Shown one piece after another: positions 35,301 to 46,559 of a stretch of 51,582 bases of DNA. Position numbers and translations under genes: made by a program. Positions within the stretch are counted from its first letter, which is position 1, and each line of letters starts with the position of its first letter. A model generated the notes under the pieces. It worked only from the letters and a program-made list of their open reading frames with translations. It did no database searches and was not told where the DNA came from. Source of the stretch: Elsinoe ampelina (lineage: Eukaryota); contig ML992514.1 of assembly GCA_010093995.1 (NCBI GenBank), positions 283,437 through 335,018 on the forward strand. Direction: 5' to 3'.

Positions 35301-38262
35301 CAAGATTGATGATCTGCCATTCTACTGCATCGGTTTCAAATCCGCCGCTCCCGAGTACACTCTCCGAACTCGTATCTGGGCATCTCTTCGCTCGCAGACT
35401 CTCTACCGTACCATCTCTGGTTTCATGAACTACAGCCGTGCCATCAAGCTTCTCTACCGTGTCGAGAACCCCGAGGTCGTCCAAATGTTCGGTGGCAACT
35501 CTGACAAGCTCGAGCGCGAGCTCGAGCGCATGGCTCGTCGCAAGTTCAAGATTATCGTCTCTATGCAGCGTTACGCCAAGTTCACCAAGGAAGAGCGTGA
35601 GAACGCCGAATTCCTTCTTCGTGCCTACCCCGATCTTCAAATCGCTTATCTGGATGAAGAGGCTCCACTCAACGAGGGTGAGGATCCTCGCATCTACTCT
35701 GCGCTCATTGACGGTCACTCTGAAATCATGGAGAACGGTATTCGCAGGCCCAAGTTCCGTGTCATGCTTTCCGGCAACCCCATTCTCGGTGATGGCAAGT
35801 CTGACAACCAGAACCACTGCTTGATCTTCTACCGCGGTGAATACATCCAGCTCATCGATGCCAACCAGGACAACTACCTCGAGGAGTGTCTCAAGATCCG
35901 CAGCGTTCTCGCTGAATTCGAAGAGATGACCACCGACAATGTTTCCCCGTACACTCCCGGCATGCCTACTCCCAAGTTCAACCCTGTCGCCATTCTTGGT
36001 GCTCGCGAGTACATCTTCTCCGAGAACATTGGTATCCTCGGTGACGTTGCTGCCGGAAAGGAACAGACATTCGGTACTCTCTTCGCTCGTACTCTCGCTC
36101 AGATCGGTGGCAAGCTCCATTACGGTCATCCTGATTTCCTCAACGGTATCTTCATGACTACTCGTGGTGGTGTGTCCAAGGCTCAGAAGGGTCTTCATTT
36201 GAACGAAGATATCTACGCTGGTATGAACGCTCTGCTCCGTGGTGGTCGCATCAAGCACTGCGAATACTACCAATGTGGAAAGGGTCGCGATCTTGGGTTT
36301 GGCTCCATTCTCAACTTCACCACCAAGATTGGTACTGGTATGGGTGAGCAGATGCTTTCCCGTGAATACTACTACCTCGGCACTCAGCTACCTCTGGATC
36401 GCTTCTTGTCCTTCTACTATGCTCACCCTGGTTTCCACATCAACAACGCCTTCATCATGTTGTCAGTCCAGCTCTTCATGTTCTGCTTGGTCAACTTGGG
36501 TGCTCTCCGCCACGAAGTCATCATGTGCAAGTACAACAAGGACGTTCCTATTACCGATCCTCTCGAGCCAACTGGATGCATGAACTTGGTACCAGTTCTT
36601 GACTGGGTCCAGCGTTGTGTCGTCTCCATCTTCATCGTCTTCTTCATCTCTTTCGTACCCCTGGTCATTCAGGAACTTACGGAGCGTGGTTTCTGGCGTG
36701 CTGCTACCCGTCTGGCTAAGCAGTTCTCCTCGCTTTCTCCTCTTTTCGAGGTGTTTGTCTGTCAGATTTATGCCAACTCCCTTAGTCAGGATCTTTCCTA
36801 CGGTGGTGCCCGCTACATTGGTACCGGCCGTGGTTTCGCTACCGCTCGCATGCCGTTCGGTGTCCTGTACTCTCGTTTCGCTGGACCTTCCATCTACTTT
36901 GGAGCTCGCATGTTGATGATGTTGCTCTTCGGTACCGTCACCGTTTGGGGATACTGGCTCTTGTGGTTCTGGATAACACTCGTTGCCCTTTGCCTGTCAC
37001 CTTTCATCTTCAACCCCCACCAGTTTGCTTGGAGCGACTTCTTCATCGACTACCGCGAATTCCTTCGCTGGTTGTCTCGTGGCAACACCAAGGCTCACCA
37101 GGCTTCTTGGATCGGTTTCGTTCGTCTCTCCCGTACTCGCATCACTGGTTTCAAGAGAAAGGCCCTGGGAGAACCATCCTCCAAGCTTTCCGGCGATACT
37201 CCCCGTGCACGCATTGGCTCCCTCTTCATGGGTGAAGTGCTCGGTCCTCTCATCTCGATCGCTGTCACTCTCATTCCATACCTCTTCATCAACGCCAACA
37301 CCGGTGTCACCAGGAACAACAACGAAACAGCCTCCAATGCCGCGCTGCAGCCAACACAATCTCTGATCCGTGTCGGTATCGTCGCTGGCGCCCCCGTCGC
37401 CATCAACGCTGGCATTGCCTTGGTTTTCTTCGCCATGGCCTGCTGTATGGGACCTGTCTTTAGCATGTGCTGCAAGAAGTTCGGTGCTGTTCTAGCTGCC
37501 ATTGCCCACGCCATCGCTGTCATCATGATGATTGCCTTCTGGCTCGTCATGTACTTCCTCGAGGGTTTCCAGTTCGCCAAGGCACTGCTTGGTATGATCG
37601 CTGCTGTCTCTATCCAGCGCTTCATCTACAAGATCATCATCACCTTGGCTCTCACCCGTGAGTTCCGTACCGATACATCGAATATCGCTTGGTGGACCGG
37701 AAAATGGTACTCACTCGGATGGCACACAATGTCTCAGCCAGGTCGTGAGTTGCTGTGCAAGATCACCGAGCTTGGATTCTTCGCCAACGACTTTATCCTC
37801 GGTCACGTCTTGCTATTCTTCATGCTGCCACCTCTCCTCGTCCCTTACATTGACAAGTTCCACTCTGTCATGCTCTTCTGGCTGCGTCCAAGGTACGGTC
37901 AATGCTCAATTTTGTTGTACACCTACTAACATCGTTACAGTCGTCAAATCCGTCCTCCAATTTACTCGCTCAAGCAGTCCAAGCTGCGCCGCAGACGTGT
38001 CATCCGCTACGCCATCCTCTACTTCGCCATGTTCATCCTGTTCGTGGTTCTCATTGTCGGCCCAAGCATTGCATCACGCTTCCTGACCTCGCTACCGTCG
38101 ATTCCCGTCGCTGGTCTCGTCCAGCCTACTGGATTGAACAACAACGATACGAGCGACCAGCCCACTGGTACCGCGACCCAGGGCGCTGCCGACGGTGGTG
38201 CCACCGGCACAGCTGATAGCGGTGCCGGACTTCGCCGCGCGTTCATGGAGTACGCTTTCTAA
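32376..38262 (+). CDS. FKS1: 1,3-beta-glucan synthase catalytic subunit; exons 32376-32530, 32580-37892, 37941-38262
   Basis: Tyr/Gln/Asp-rich N-terminus, [55 protein letters not shown] and multiple TM segments. Confidence 0.98.
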
Positions 38263-39285
38263 GCTTCTCCCAATTAACCCCACGACGCAACGACAAAAAG
38301 ATCCTCTTCAATGACAACATCTCTCCACAACGAATATGAACATAGACATTTTACGAAGTAGAAACTTCTTCATCACTCACAGCGAAAACTTGAAATTGCT
38401 CTTTTCTTTTACCTTTATCGGTCCTCATTCGATTCGACATGCAAAACTCAAACAACAATCAACAAATGTACAACACTAGAAACGTCTAACCACCGACGAA
38501 CAAGTCCCACACTTCTTGAATGACACCAAACCCCCTGGCGCCGCTTCCTGTCCGGCTCGAGGTCAAAGAGCCATAATTTGACGGGTGGTGCTTCGAGTAG
38601 GGGGACGGATTACCTTCTTTCTCTCTCATGGCGGGTATCGGGACAAATGGCTTGGGAATGCAGATTTTTATGTCTCTTCTTTTTGCTGTGGTCTAGCCGC
38701 AGGTAGACGCGCTCTCTTTTTTTGCGAAGGATCGGCGGATTCTGGCCTGGTCAGTCGGATGATGCTGGTTTGCCGAGCTAATAGGGTCGGGGGATGGGTA
38801 GTGGAGGAGGGGCGGGCAGTACATAGCGAATGTGTATCTTTCTGATAACTTCTTTCCCCCGTGTCGTGTGACGGTAATTGTTGTGACATGGTGCATCTAA
38901 GATTGCACGATCCGTCAATCAGGCAGACGACATAAGAGACCAGACGAGTAAAGGTCATCATAAGGCTCTTGGCCGCATCGATAGCAACGGAAACAGGAAT
39001 TTAAGCAGGAAACGAGACGCTAAATTCATTGCTTCTATATCCAGCTTGCTCTCCTTTCTACCATCGACCTCACCAGGCCACACCCACTCATCCCATACCT
39101 CGACCTTACACCCCCGCGCCAAAGGCTCCACCATTGAGCATCCGCCCGGTCCCACCCACTTCCCTTCCCCCCTCCGCGTGATGCCATCTTCCGCACGAAG
39201 TTACGGACAAAGATCCAAGTCGAACTCGCAGCGCCAAAAGCCCAACTTGCACCCTTCTCCATAACCCCCCGTGAGGAACACAGCA

Positions 39286-41520
39286 TCACGAAACCCCCAA
39301 ATTCCCAATCTCCCCTGTTTCCTCCTTCCTGTCGTTGCTGAGGGTGTAGCTCGCTTTCCAACGCATCTTGACTCCGCTTCCTTTACCGCGGGGTACGCCT
39401 TGGAGGCGGATGGATTGGGTGATGCCGTCTCGCTGGTGGGGGGAGAGGGTGCGGGAGGATTGGGGTTCGAGGTGGAGGGTGAATCCCTTTTTGTTGCTGT
39501 CAGCATTTACATGTGGAGGCCAGAGGGGAAAGGGAAGATAGGAGGAAAAAGACGAACCTTTGTCACTGCTAGTTGAAAGGTTAGGTCTGCTATTGGTAGG
39601 CTCGTGGCGTTGCTGATTCGGCTTTCGATTTGGATCCAGTCGTCTGCGCCTTGGGGTCGGGAGACGCGGAAGATGGTTTGGATGGAGCCGTTGGTGACTG
39701 TTATTTGATGAGGTTGGTCTTGTGGAAGGGCGGAGGTGAAGGTCCACTCGTCGTCTGCTGGTGCTGCGGCGGATTGGCCGTTACCAAGATTGAGTAGGGA
39801 TGATGCAGGTTGGGATGTTGGCGGTGGGTGTGTTGATTGTTGGAACTGGAAGGGAGAGGCAGTCCGTGAATTCGAGGAGGAGAGAGATGCGAATGGATCT
39901 GAAGGGGCTGCTGAGGGTTTTGCGAAGAGGTTGGTGTTTGGCTGTGGTGTGGCAGTCTTCGGAGGAGTCGAGACCGCACCGAGTCCGCCAAATGGGTCGT
40001 AGTTGGCTTTTGGTGGTTGGTTGATTTGTGGAGGTTGCGAAGAAGGTGCTGCTGGCTGAGAAGGACCGGAAAGGTCAAGCAGACCATTACCAGACGAGCC
40101 CAGTGAGATGTTGCCGCCCTGACCAAAAGCAGAATCACCGCCTATCGAAAGACCGAGGAGATCATCCTCGAGCGCATTGCCCTTCTTCTGCGGTGCAGCT
40201 GGCTGTGATGAGCTTGCTTCGTTCGACTCTGCTGGCTGCTCCTCTTCCGGTCCACCGAAATCAATCAGAGAAAGCTCGTTATCGGGTCCTTTCTTCACGC
40301 CCACACCGCTAATACCTAGCGTCCCCTTGGGTATCTTGTCTGCCGCCTCTCTGTCACCCTTCTTGACCAGCCGGTAGCGCTCGATGGTGCGATGTATGCT
40401 GTCATTGATTTCCAACAACTTCGCTACCGCTTCGTGATCATCCGACTCTTCCTCACACATCTTCTGGATCTTGGGATGTGCGCTTGCCAACGCGTTCGCG
40501 AGCTCCTCGAAAACGTCACCCTCATTTATTGTTTCACCAGGCTTAAGCCCTTGTAGCATTTCCTCGAGTATTCGTGCCTTTTGCTGTACTTTGCCGACCT
40601 CTTCTGCAGCCTTCGCTCGATAATCGGTCTTGTTACGTTGGTCGTAGCCGGCCATGACCTTCATGAGTTTGTTCGCCTCTTGTAAATCCCGAGGGGTTCC
40701 TCTTCGAATGAGCTCCTGTAGTTTGGCAGAGTGGTGTGCTTTCTCCTCTTCTTCCATCTCCTCTGCCGATTTGAGGTTCTGCCACATGTCAGTAATCTGA
40801 CAGGTATCACAACGTCAAATCGTACGTCACTTGGGTTCAGGACCGCTGCATCTTCCCGCCGAACTTCTGGAAAAACATAGCCCTTGTAGCTCAGCAATCT
40901 ATGCATGTCCCTAATGAATCCTAGATCTTCCTTGTACTTGGATGTTTGGCATATCGTTGATCGCCATTCTTCTATGAGCTCAAGGATCCTATTCATGGTT
41001 CGCGTCGCTCGTATCGGAGGTCGTTCAGGGAAGCGCCGTACAAGCTCGTTCAGGAACTCCTTCGTGCTGATCTGCAGATGGAATGGGTAACCACAGTTCT
41101 TGACGCAGATGTCGAGTAGCTATCCATGCTTAGTATGAGGTCCGCTGTACGTGCATGTAGAAGACTGACTGCAAGTGCCAGCAACGAGACATTTTGGTTG
41201 CGGTGGTTGATGTAGTTGACAATTGTGATTGCGGCTTCCCGTGGGCTGTGGGTCAATCAGTTGTATGTACAGTGATTCTCACATCGAAGGACATACGCAT
41301 TGCCTTTCTTGGAATTGATCAAGTCTGCAATTTCCAGGCAGAGAGCCAGATTGGGCTCGAAGTTCTGAGGATCGCAAGCATTTTCTGTTGAGGGTCAATC
41401 AGACAGTCCACCCGAAGACCAAAGTACCGTACGGATGTATCGCTGGAGCGGTGACTGTGCTGGCTCACCAGGGAAGGAGAACCTGTCCCTGGCGGCGTAC
41501 CTCGCCGATGCTGCCTCCAC
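39286..41520 (-). CDS. GGA: GGA clathrin adaptor (VHS-GAT-GAE); exons 41520-41433, 41384-41297, 41245-41170, 41119-40826, 40778-39558, 39486-39286; apparent GTG start
   Basis: Spliced VHS domain LQRYIQNACDPQNFEPNLALCLEIADLINSKKGNAPREAA...CVKNCGYPFHLQISTKEFLNELV. GAT domain SAKLQELIRRGTPRDLQEANKLMK, clathrin box SLIDF, and GAE ear ending GEIGNLGVS. The last acceptor is AAG. Confidence 0.92.
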
Positions 41521-41876
41521 GGTGGGCAACTGTTACGGGGGTGCTTGTGGTAAGCGGAGCGATTGCACGATTGGGCCCAAGGCGGAAATACAGGCTGAAG
41601 ATAGCGTATGAAATCGTGAGAGTCGTTAGATGCGAGAGTGAGTCCTCAATCGCAAGTTGATGACAAGGTACACGCAGCTCAGCGTAGCCGTATACTCGAC
41701 CTCCGGGAGGTGCTATGCCAAGACTGGCGCTTTGCCCATTCGAGAATGACGTCGCCGTCTTCTGCTGCATAAAAAGTTATGGCAGAATTGCCCCTCGCCT
41801 TTTCGACTGTCAGTACGAAAGTAGACTTTCACTTAATCTGAATCTTCCTGGTAGATTGCAACACCTCTTGTCCAAC

Positions 41877-43079
41877 ATGGTCCGCCACAAGAAAGACTTC
41901 ACAGGCAAAGGTAAACGTCATGGCCCAGCAGACCGCACGACGAGACCTATGCCACCTCCGCGAGGTGCTTCCGAGGATGGATCAGATCAGGAGACTTCAC
42001 AAAGATACAGAAAACCATCATTCAAAGCTGCCTGCTGGGATCTGAATCACTGCGACTATAAGCGATGCTCAGGCAAGCGACTCATACGCCTCGGCTTGAT
42101 GAGGTCGCTGGGGATGAATCAGAAGCATCCGGGTGTCGTCATAAGCCCGAACGCGAAGATACTGGTATCGAGAGCAGATCTGCCAATCCTGGAGCAATTC
42201 GGAGCCGCAGTCGTCGAGGCAAGCTGGAACAGAATCAACGAAATCAACTTCTCGCGCATAGGCGGGAAGAACGAACGATTACTGCCCTACCTGATTGCGG
42301 CAAATCCCACGAACTATGGTAGACCGTGGCGGCTGAACTGTGTCGAAGCTCTAGCAGCCGGATTCCTCATATGTGGTCACCGCGACTGGGCAGAAGAAGT
42401 CCTCAGCACTTTCTCGTACGGCCAGGCATTCTTGGATATCAACGAGGAGGTCTTTGAGTGGTATGAGAAGTGCGCGGACGAGAAGGAGGTCAAGGAAGCT
42501 GAGGAACGATGGTTGAGAAAGATACAGGACGAGTACGAAGGGGCAAAGGAGAGCAAAGAAGCTGGCGGGACGGGATGGGGTGGAGGCAACATGAACAGAA
42601 AGAGAGGTCTCGTGGAGGTCGGTGATGGAGAGGGCGAAGAGTCGGACGACAACGAGTGCGTCAAGCTGAACGCTGGCTCGAATGGGGACGATCAGGATGA
42701 GGACGACGAGGAAGACGACGTCGAAGAAGAAGACCACGATCCATACGGTCTACCGCCCGAGGACTCTGATGACGAGGAGGAGATGGCAGAGCTGCGGCGC
42801 CGTGTACTGGCATCAAAGCCTTTCTCGAATCCACAAGTCGAAGAGAAACAAGCGCCAACATCCGTGAAGAGCCCTGAGCCGGTGGTCAAGCATGACTCCG
42901 ATGCTGAGTCAGGATCGGATATTGGCGACGATGACGACGAGTTCGACAATATCATGAACGCTCAGCCCGTTACAGATCGTACAGGAATCACTGCGAAACA
43001 GCGTCAGAAGCAACAGGACCTATTATCGGCCACATTCTCCAGGGCTGTACTCTCGGCACCGAGTAAACCGCTTTCATAG
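41877..43079 (+). CDS. TSR3: 18S rRNA aminocarboxypropyltransferase
   Basis: MVRHKKD start, WDLNHCDYKRCSGKRL, ERLLPYLIAANPTNYGRPWRLNCVEALAA and an acidic C-terminal tail. Confidence 0.95.
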   Translation: MVRHKKDFTGKGKRHGPADRTTRPMPPPRGASEDGSDQETSQRYRKPSFKAACWDLNHCDYKRCSGKRLIRLGLMRSLGMNQKHPGVVISPNAKILVSRADLPILEQFGAAVVEASWNRINEINFSRIGGKNERLLPYLIAANPTNYGRPWRLNCVEALAAGFLICGHRDWAEEVLSTFSYGQAFLDINEEVFEWYEKCADEKEVKEAEERWLRKIQDEYEGAKESKEAGGTGWGGGNMNRKRGLVEVGDGEGEESDDNECVKLNAGSNGDDQDEDDEEDDVEEEDHDPYGLPPEDSDDEEEMAELRRRVLASKPFSNPQVEEKQAPTSVKSPEPVVKHDSDAESGSDIGDDDDEFDNIMNAQPVTDRTGITAKQRQKQQDLLSATFSRAVLSAPSKPLS

Positions 43080-43325
43080 CCAAAGTCTCGAATTTAAAAG
43101 TCAAAGGCTTGAAATTCTAGCTTCTTGACCTGCAATACTCCGCCCAAATTGTGTGGCAATCACGCTTCTGGCCTGACTGCGGCACGCGACTGCCCCAAGC
43201 TGGTAAAAGATATAGTAAATCTTCTTGCGTCAGAACTCCTGGACTTTCTGCTACGTACGAGACACATATCTTTCTATTTTCGTATTTGCCCCTTGTATTC
43301 GCCGCCAGGAGCTGCATTCCTACAA

Positions 43326-44783
43326 ATGCGGCAAATTGACAGACCCAGCGAGTTAGGATGGATGGCACCTTGTTCTCCATACGCCATAATGCCAGAACTG
43401 GAAAACGGCCACTTCACCGGCCGATGGTTGCACTACCACTTGAGCAAGGATTAGAAAGTCTACCTCGAGCTGTCCGTGACAAACCACGTCAGCAAATCGA
43501 GAATCGGGAGCGAAGAAGGGGTCGGCCTGCTGGAAGATTGGCTACGCAAGATGCAATTTCTTCAGATCCCCGACGAGGAAATCTACCCTACGGTTCGGCA
43601 AGCGCAGTTCCCGTTGATCATCGCGACCGAGCTCTGTAATGACTATCAATATTTCGTCAACCGGCCAAAGATCCATTACATGCACGCGGGCATCGACATA
43701 GCAAATGATTTCAGCACAGATGTCAGGACTTGGGAAAGTCTCCGGAGCTTGTTACGTCACGACAGACTCAACAGATGCTTCGGCTGCTTGTCTCAGAGGA
43801 ACAGAGTGGTAGGATATGTTACCGAGCGTCATACAGAGGACTTGAGTGTGATCATGCGTACCCAGCCCCGACGGTTCCTGGGGTTCAATGTGGACGCAAT
43901 CATGGCGGACATCCGTGCCGGCATCAGCCATCTACATTCGCACGGTCTGGCGCACAATTGGCTCATGCCTGAGCACATAGTGCTTGACAAACAAGATCGC
44001 GCTGTCATCATTCACTTGCAAGGTACGCGACCATTCGGGAGCTGTATTCAATTACAACAACCCCGCAACAGAGCTCGACCCTACCAGGACCCTTCATCGA
44101 ATGCCAACATTAGTTTACGAATGCATGACCTTTACGCCCTTGACAGAATAAAGGAACAACTAGAGTGGGCACAAGAGGAATGGCAGAGCAGAATCATACG
44201 ACTGTTCCAGATTATCACCATGAAGCCACCACGCACTACCGCTCCACAGCCATCAAGCAACTCTTCATCGAAGAAGCGACAGCGAACAGACTCTCTCAGC
44301 ATGCCTGTTGCCAAGCGCCCGAGAGTATACCTAGCTCGTTCTTTGCAAGACCAACTGGCATTCCTCCTCTGCATGGCGTTTCCGCTCAATCTCACGCGCG
44401 CACGATGCCCTCGCCAGCGACCGCCCGAAATACTTCGACTGGTAGCCAAGAAGTTGGGGTCGAGTTTCATGGTAACACGGACTACGCAGCTGCAGCATCG
44501 TGTGATGGATCTACGACGGAAGGTCCACGAAGCGCAGAGCAGATATAACGGTTTGTTCAAATATATGACGGAGCGAGCAACGAAATTTCTTATAGAGGTA
44601 GACGAAGGGCGACAGCGGATGAAGGCCGAAAAGAATGTCTCAAGAGGGACGCAGACTGAACTGTACGGTGTGCGCATCCGGGAGCGAGCAAAGATACTTC
44701 TCAAGGAGAATTACGAAGCGCGGCTGCGGATCAAGGCCGAAAAGAACGTCTCAACGGGAACCCAGACGGACGATGCAGTGTGA
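43326..44783 (+). pseudogene. Degenerate protein-kinase-like ORF (pseudokinase) with helical C-terminus and two TQT motifs; single in-frame TAG at 43452-43454; may be expressed from ATG 43551
   Basis: Kinase-like stretch IRAGISHLHSHGLAHNWLMPEHIVLD...AVIIHLQG...DLYAL, with HxD and DFG positions degenerate. ORFs 43125-43454 and 43476-44783 share one frame. Confidence 0.55.
44571..44775 (+). repeat. Imperfect tandem duplication with 111-bp (37-aa) period
   Basis: GAGCGAGCAA occurs at 44571 and 44682. ERATKFLIEVDEGRQRMKAEKNVSRGTQTE aligns with ERAKILLKENYEARLRIKAEKNVSTGTQTD. Confidence 0.9.
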
Positions 44784-44926
44784 GGTTGCTCACGGCAGAT
44801 AGACACATTCTTTGCCTCCCTACGCAGGACAGATCGCGCTAATGATACATCCATTTTGTTCTTGGCCATTTAACTACCAAGCCCAGTGTGCCTCCCCCTC
44901 ACGCCTCCTCCCCTTTCCCTACCAGA

Positions 44927-46108
44927 TCACAGATACCTCGCATTCACCCTCTCCCCCCTCTTCACCCTCGGCGCCGTCCTCCCCGCCGGTATAGTCTCAT
45001 TCCCCGCCACAGTCTCATTGTAAATCAACGTCGCGATCCCCCTCCCCTGCTCCACCGCGGGATCCGAAATCAAACTCAACACCCGCGCCGTCGCATCTGC
45101 CAGCACGCTCTGCGCCACGTCGCCAAACACGTTGTAGATGCGCGCGATCTCCTGCCCTTCGGTCACGTCGTCGAGGACATCGACGAGTGTCTCCACGAAT
45201 CCACCTGCCGTTGCGCCGGGGCCGCCGAAGGTCGTCCCGATGTACGTGTCGGAGAGATCGGGGAGTTCTACTGGCGAGGAAGACGGGAGGATGGCCATGT
45301 CGGCGAGGACGCGTTCGATGTATGCCACGGAGCGGTCGATGAGGGATTTGCGCCACTGGCGGGGCGCGCCGACCTCTAAAGTGATAGCAGGCACGCCGGC
45401 GCGGATGAAGGTGGTTTCTACGCTCCCTGGCTCGCCCGGGTCGATCTTGATCACGTCTGCGGCGGTGAGTTTCGCGAGTCGCTCCACGCCGGGCAGGCGG
45501 AAGTCGGCGTAGCACCAGAGTGGCCCATCGGAGCCGGTGGAGACGGTGTGTAGGTCGATGGCCTGGTCGATGATGGTGGCGTTGCTCCAGACGTTGTTCC
45601 AGATGGTGTAGACGAGGGAGGAAGGGGCGGAGGCGCCGTCCGCTGGGTCGGAGCCGGGGAGGAGACGGTTGAGGTCCGTGAAGGTGCCGGAGGAGGCGGA
45701 GGAGCGGTAGAAGCGTGAGGCGAGGGAGATGCCGACGCGGTTGATGGTGGGGATTATGATGACTGTGCCGTTGAGGGAGGAGACGTTGGCTTCGAGGAGG
45801 CCGATGATGCGTTGGGAGATGCGCACGCCGTTGAGCTCGTCGCCGTGGATGGTGGAGGAGAGGGACAGGGTTTGTCCGTTGGTGAGGGAGGAGGGGGGGC
45901 CACGGGCGACGACGACAGGGACGTAGTACCTCAGGCCGCCGGAGAGTTCGGGGACTTCGAGCCAGTAACGTGTCACGGCGGAGGAGGGAACGTCGGCGAG
46001 GTTGAGTTGGGTGATGACGCGGTTACCCGAGATGATGTCGCCTGTGAAGTTTTGGGCGGTGGTCAGGGCGAGGGAGACTGCGGTGAGGAAGAGGGTGGTG
46101 AGCTTCAT
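44927..46108 (-). CDS. Secreted succinylglutamate desuccinylase/aspartoacylase-like (M14) Zn hydrolase, intronless
   Basis: Signal peptide MKLTTLFLTAVSLALTTA, HGDELNG, DLNR, IDLHT, TLEVG and a C-terminal barrel-sandwich segment (AGGFVE...VTEGQEIARI). Confidence 0.88.
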   Translation of the reverse strand: MKLTTLFLTAVSLALTTAQNFTGDIISGNRVITQLNLADVPSSAVTRYWLEVPELSGGLRYYVPVVVARGPPSSLTNGQTLSLSSTIHGDELNGVRISQRIIGLLEANVSSLNGTVIIIPTINRVGISLASRFYRSSASSGTFTDLNRLLPGSDPADGASAPSSLVYTIWNNVWSNATIIDQAIDLHTVSTGSDGPLWCYADFRLPGVERLAKLTAADVIKIDPGEPGSVETTFIRAGVPAITLEVGAPRQWRKSLIDRSVAYIERVLADMAILPSSSPVELPDLSDTYIGTTFGGPGATAGGFVETLVDVLDDVTEGQEIARIYNVFGDVAQSVLADATARVLSLISDPAVEQGRGIATLIYNETVAGNETIPAGRTAPRVKRGERVNARYL

Positions 46109-46559
46109 ACTGGCGGTGGTCGAACGCGGAGAGTGAAGGGGACGAAAGAACGGCTCTCGCGGAGGACGTCATGGTTTTGTACAGCCATTGCGGTTTGTGG
46201 ATGTCAAAACTTTCTGGTTGCTATCGATGCGCTTCATTCCCAGAAGAGCAGGCCGGGTGCAGGCCAAGGGCTTGGAAGCGGATCGTCTTAAGCTACCGGC
46301 ATTGTGGGCACGTAGGTGGCGGAGAAGCGATAAGATGGAAATGACTAACGAAGCTGGAAAAGATACTTACTGCACAATGGGCTTCACAGGGATGTATGCA
46401 TGAAATGAGAAGCTGAGAGAAGTGGAAACGAGGTTAAGAGGTGCAGCGTTTCATCGCGCAGAGCTGAGCCCCGCAGCCAATCACAGCTCGCCAGGTCTAC
46501 TACCAGAAAGTCTATCTGCACTTGGTGCCATGCACGTGACCTGACCAGCAAATGTGCTT

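Noticed and set aside
41715..41876. 54-aa N-terminal extension of TSR3
   Set aside because: Falls in the short GGA/TSR3 bidirectional promoter; MVRHKKD at 41877 is the plausible start.
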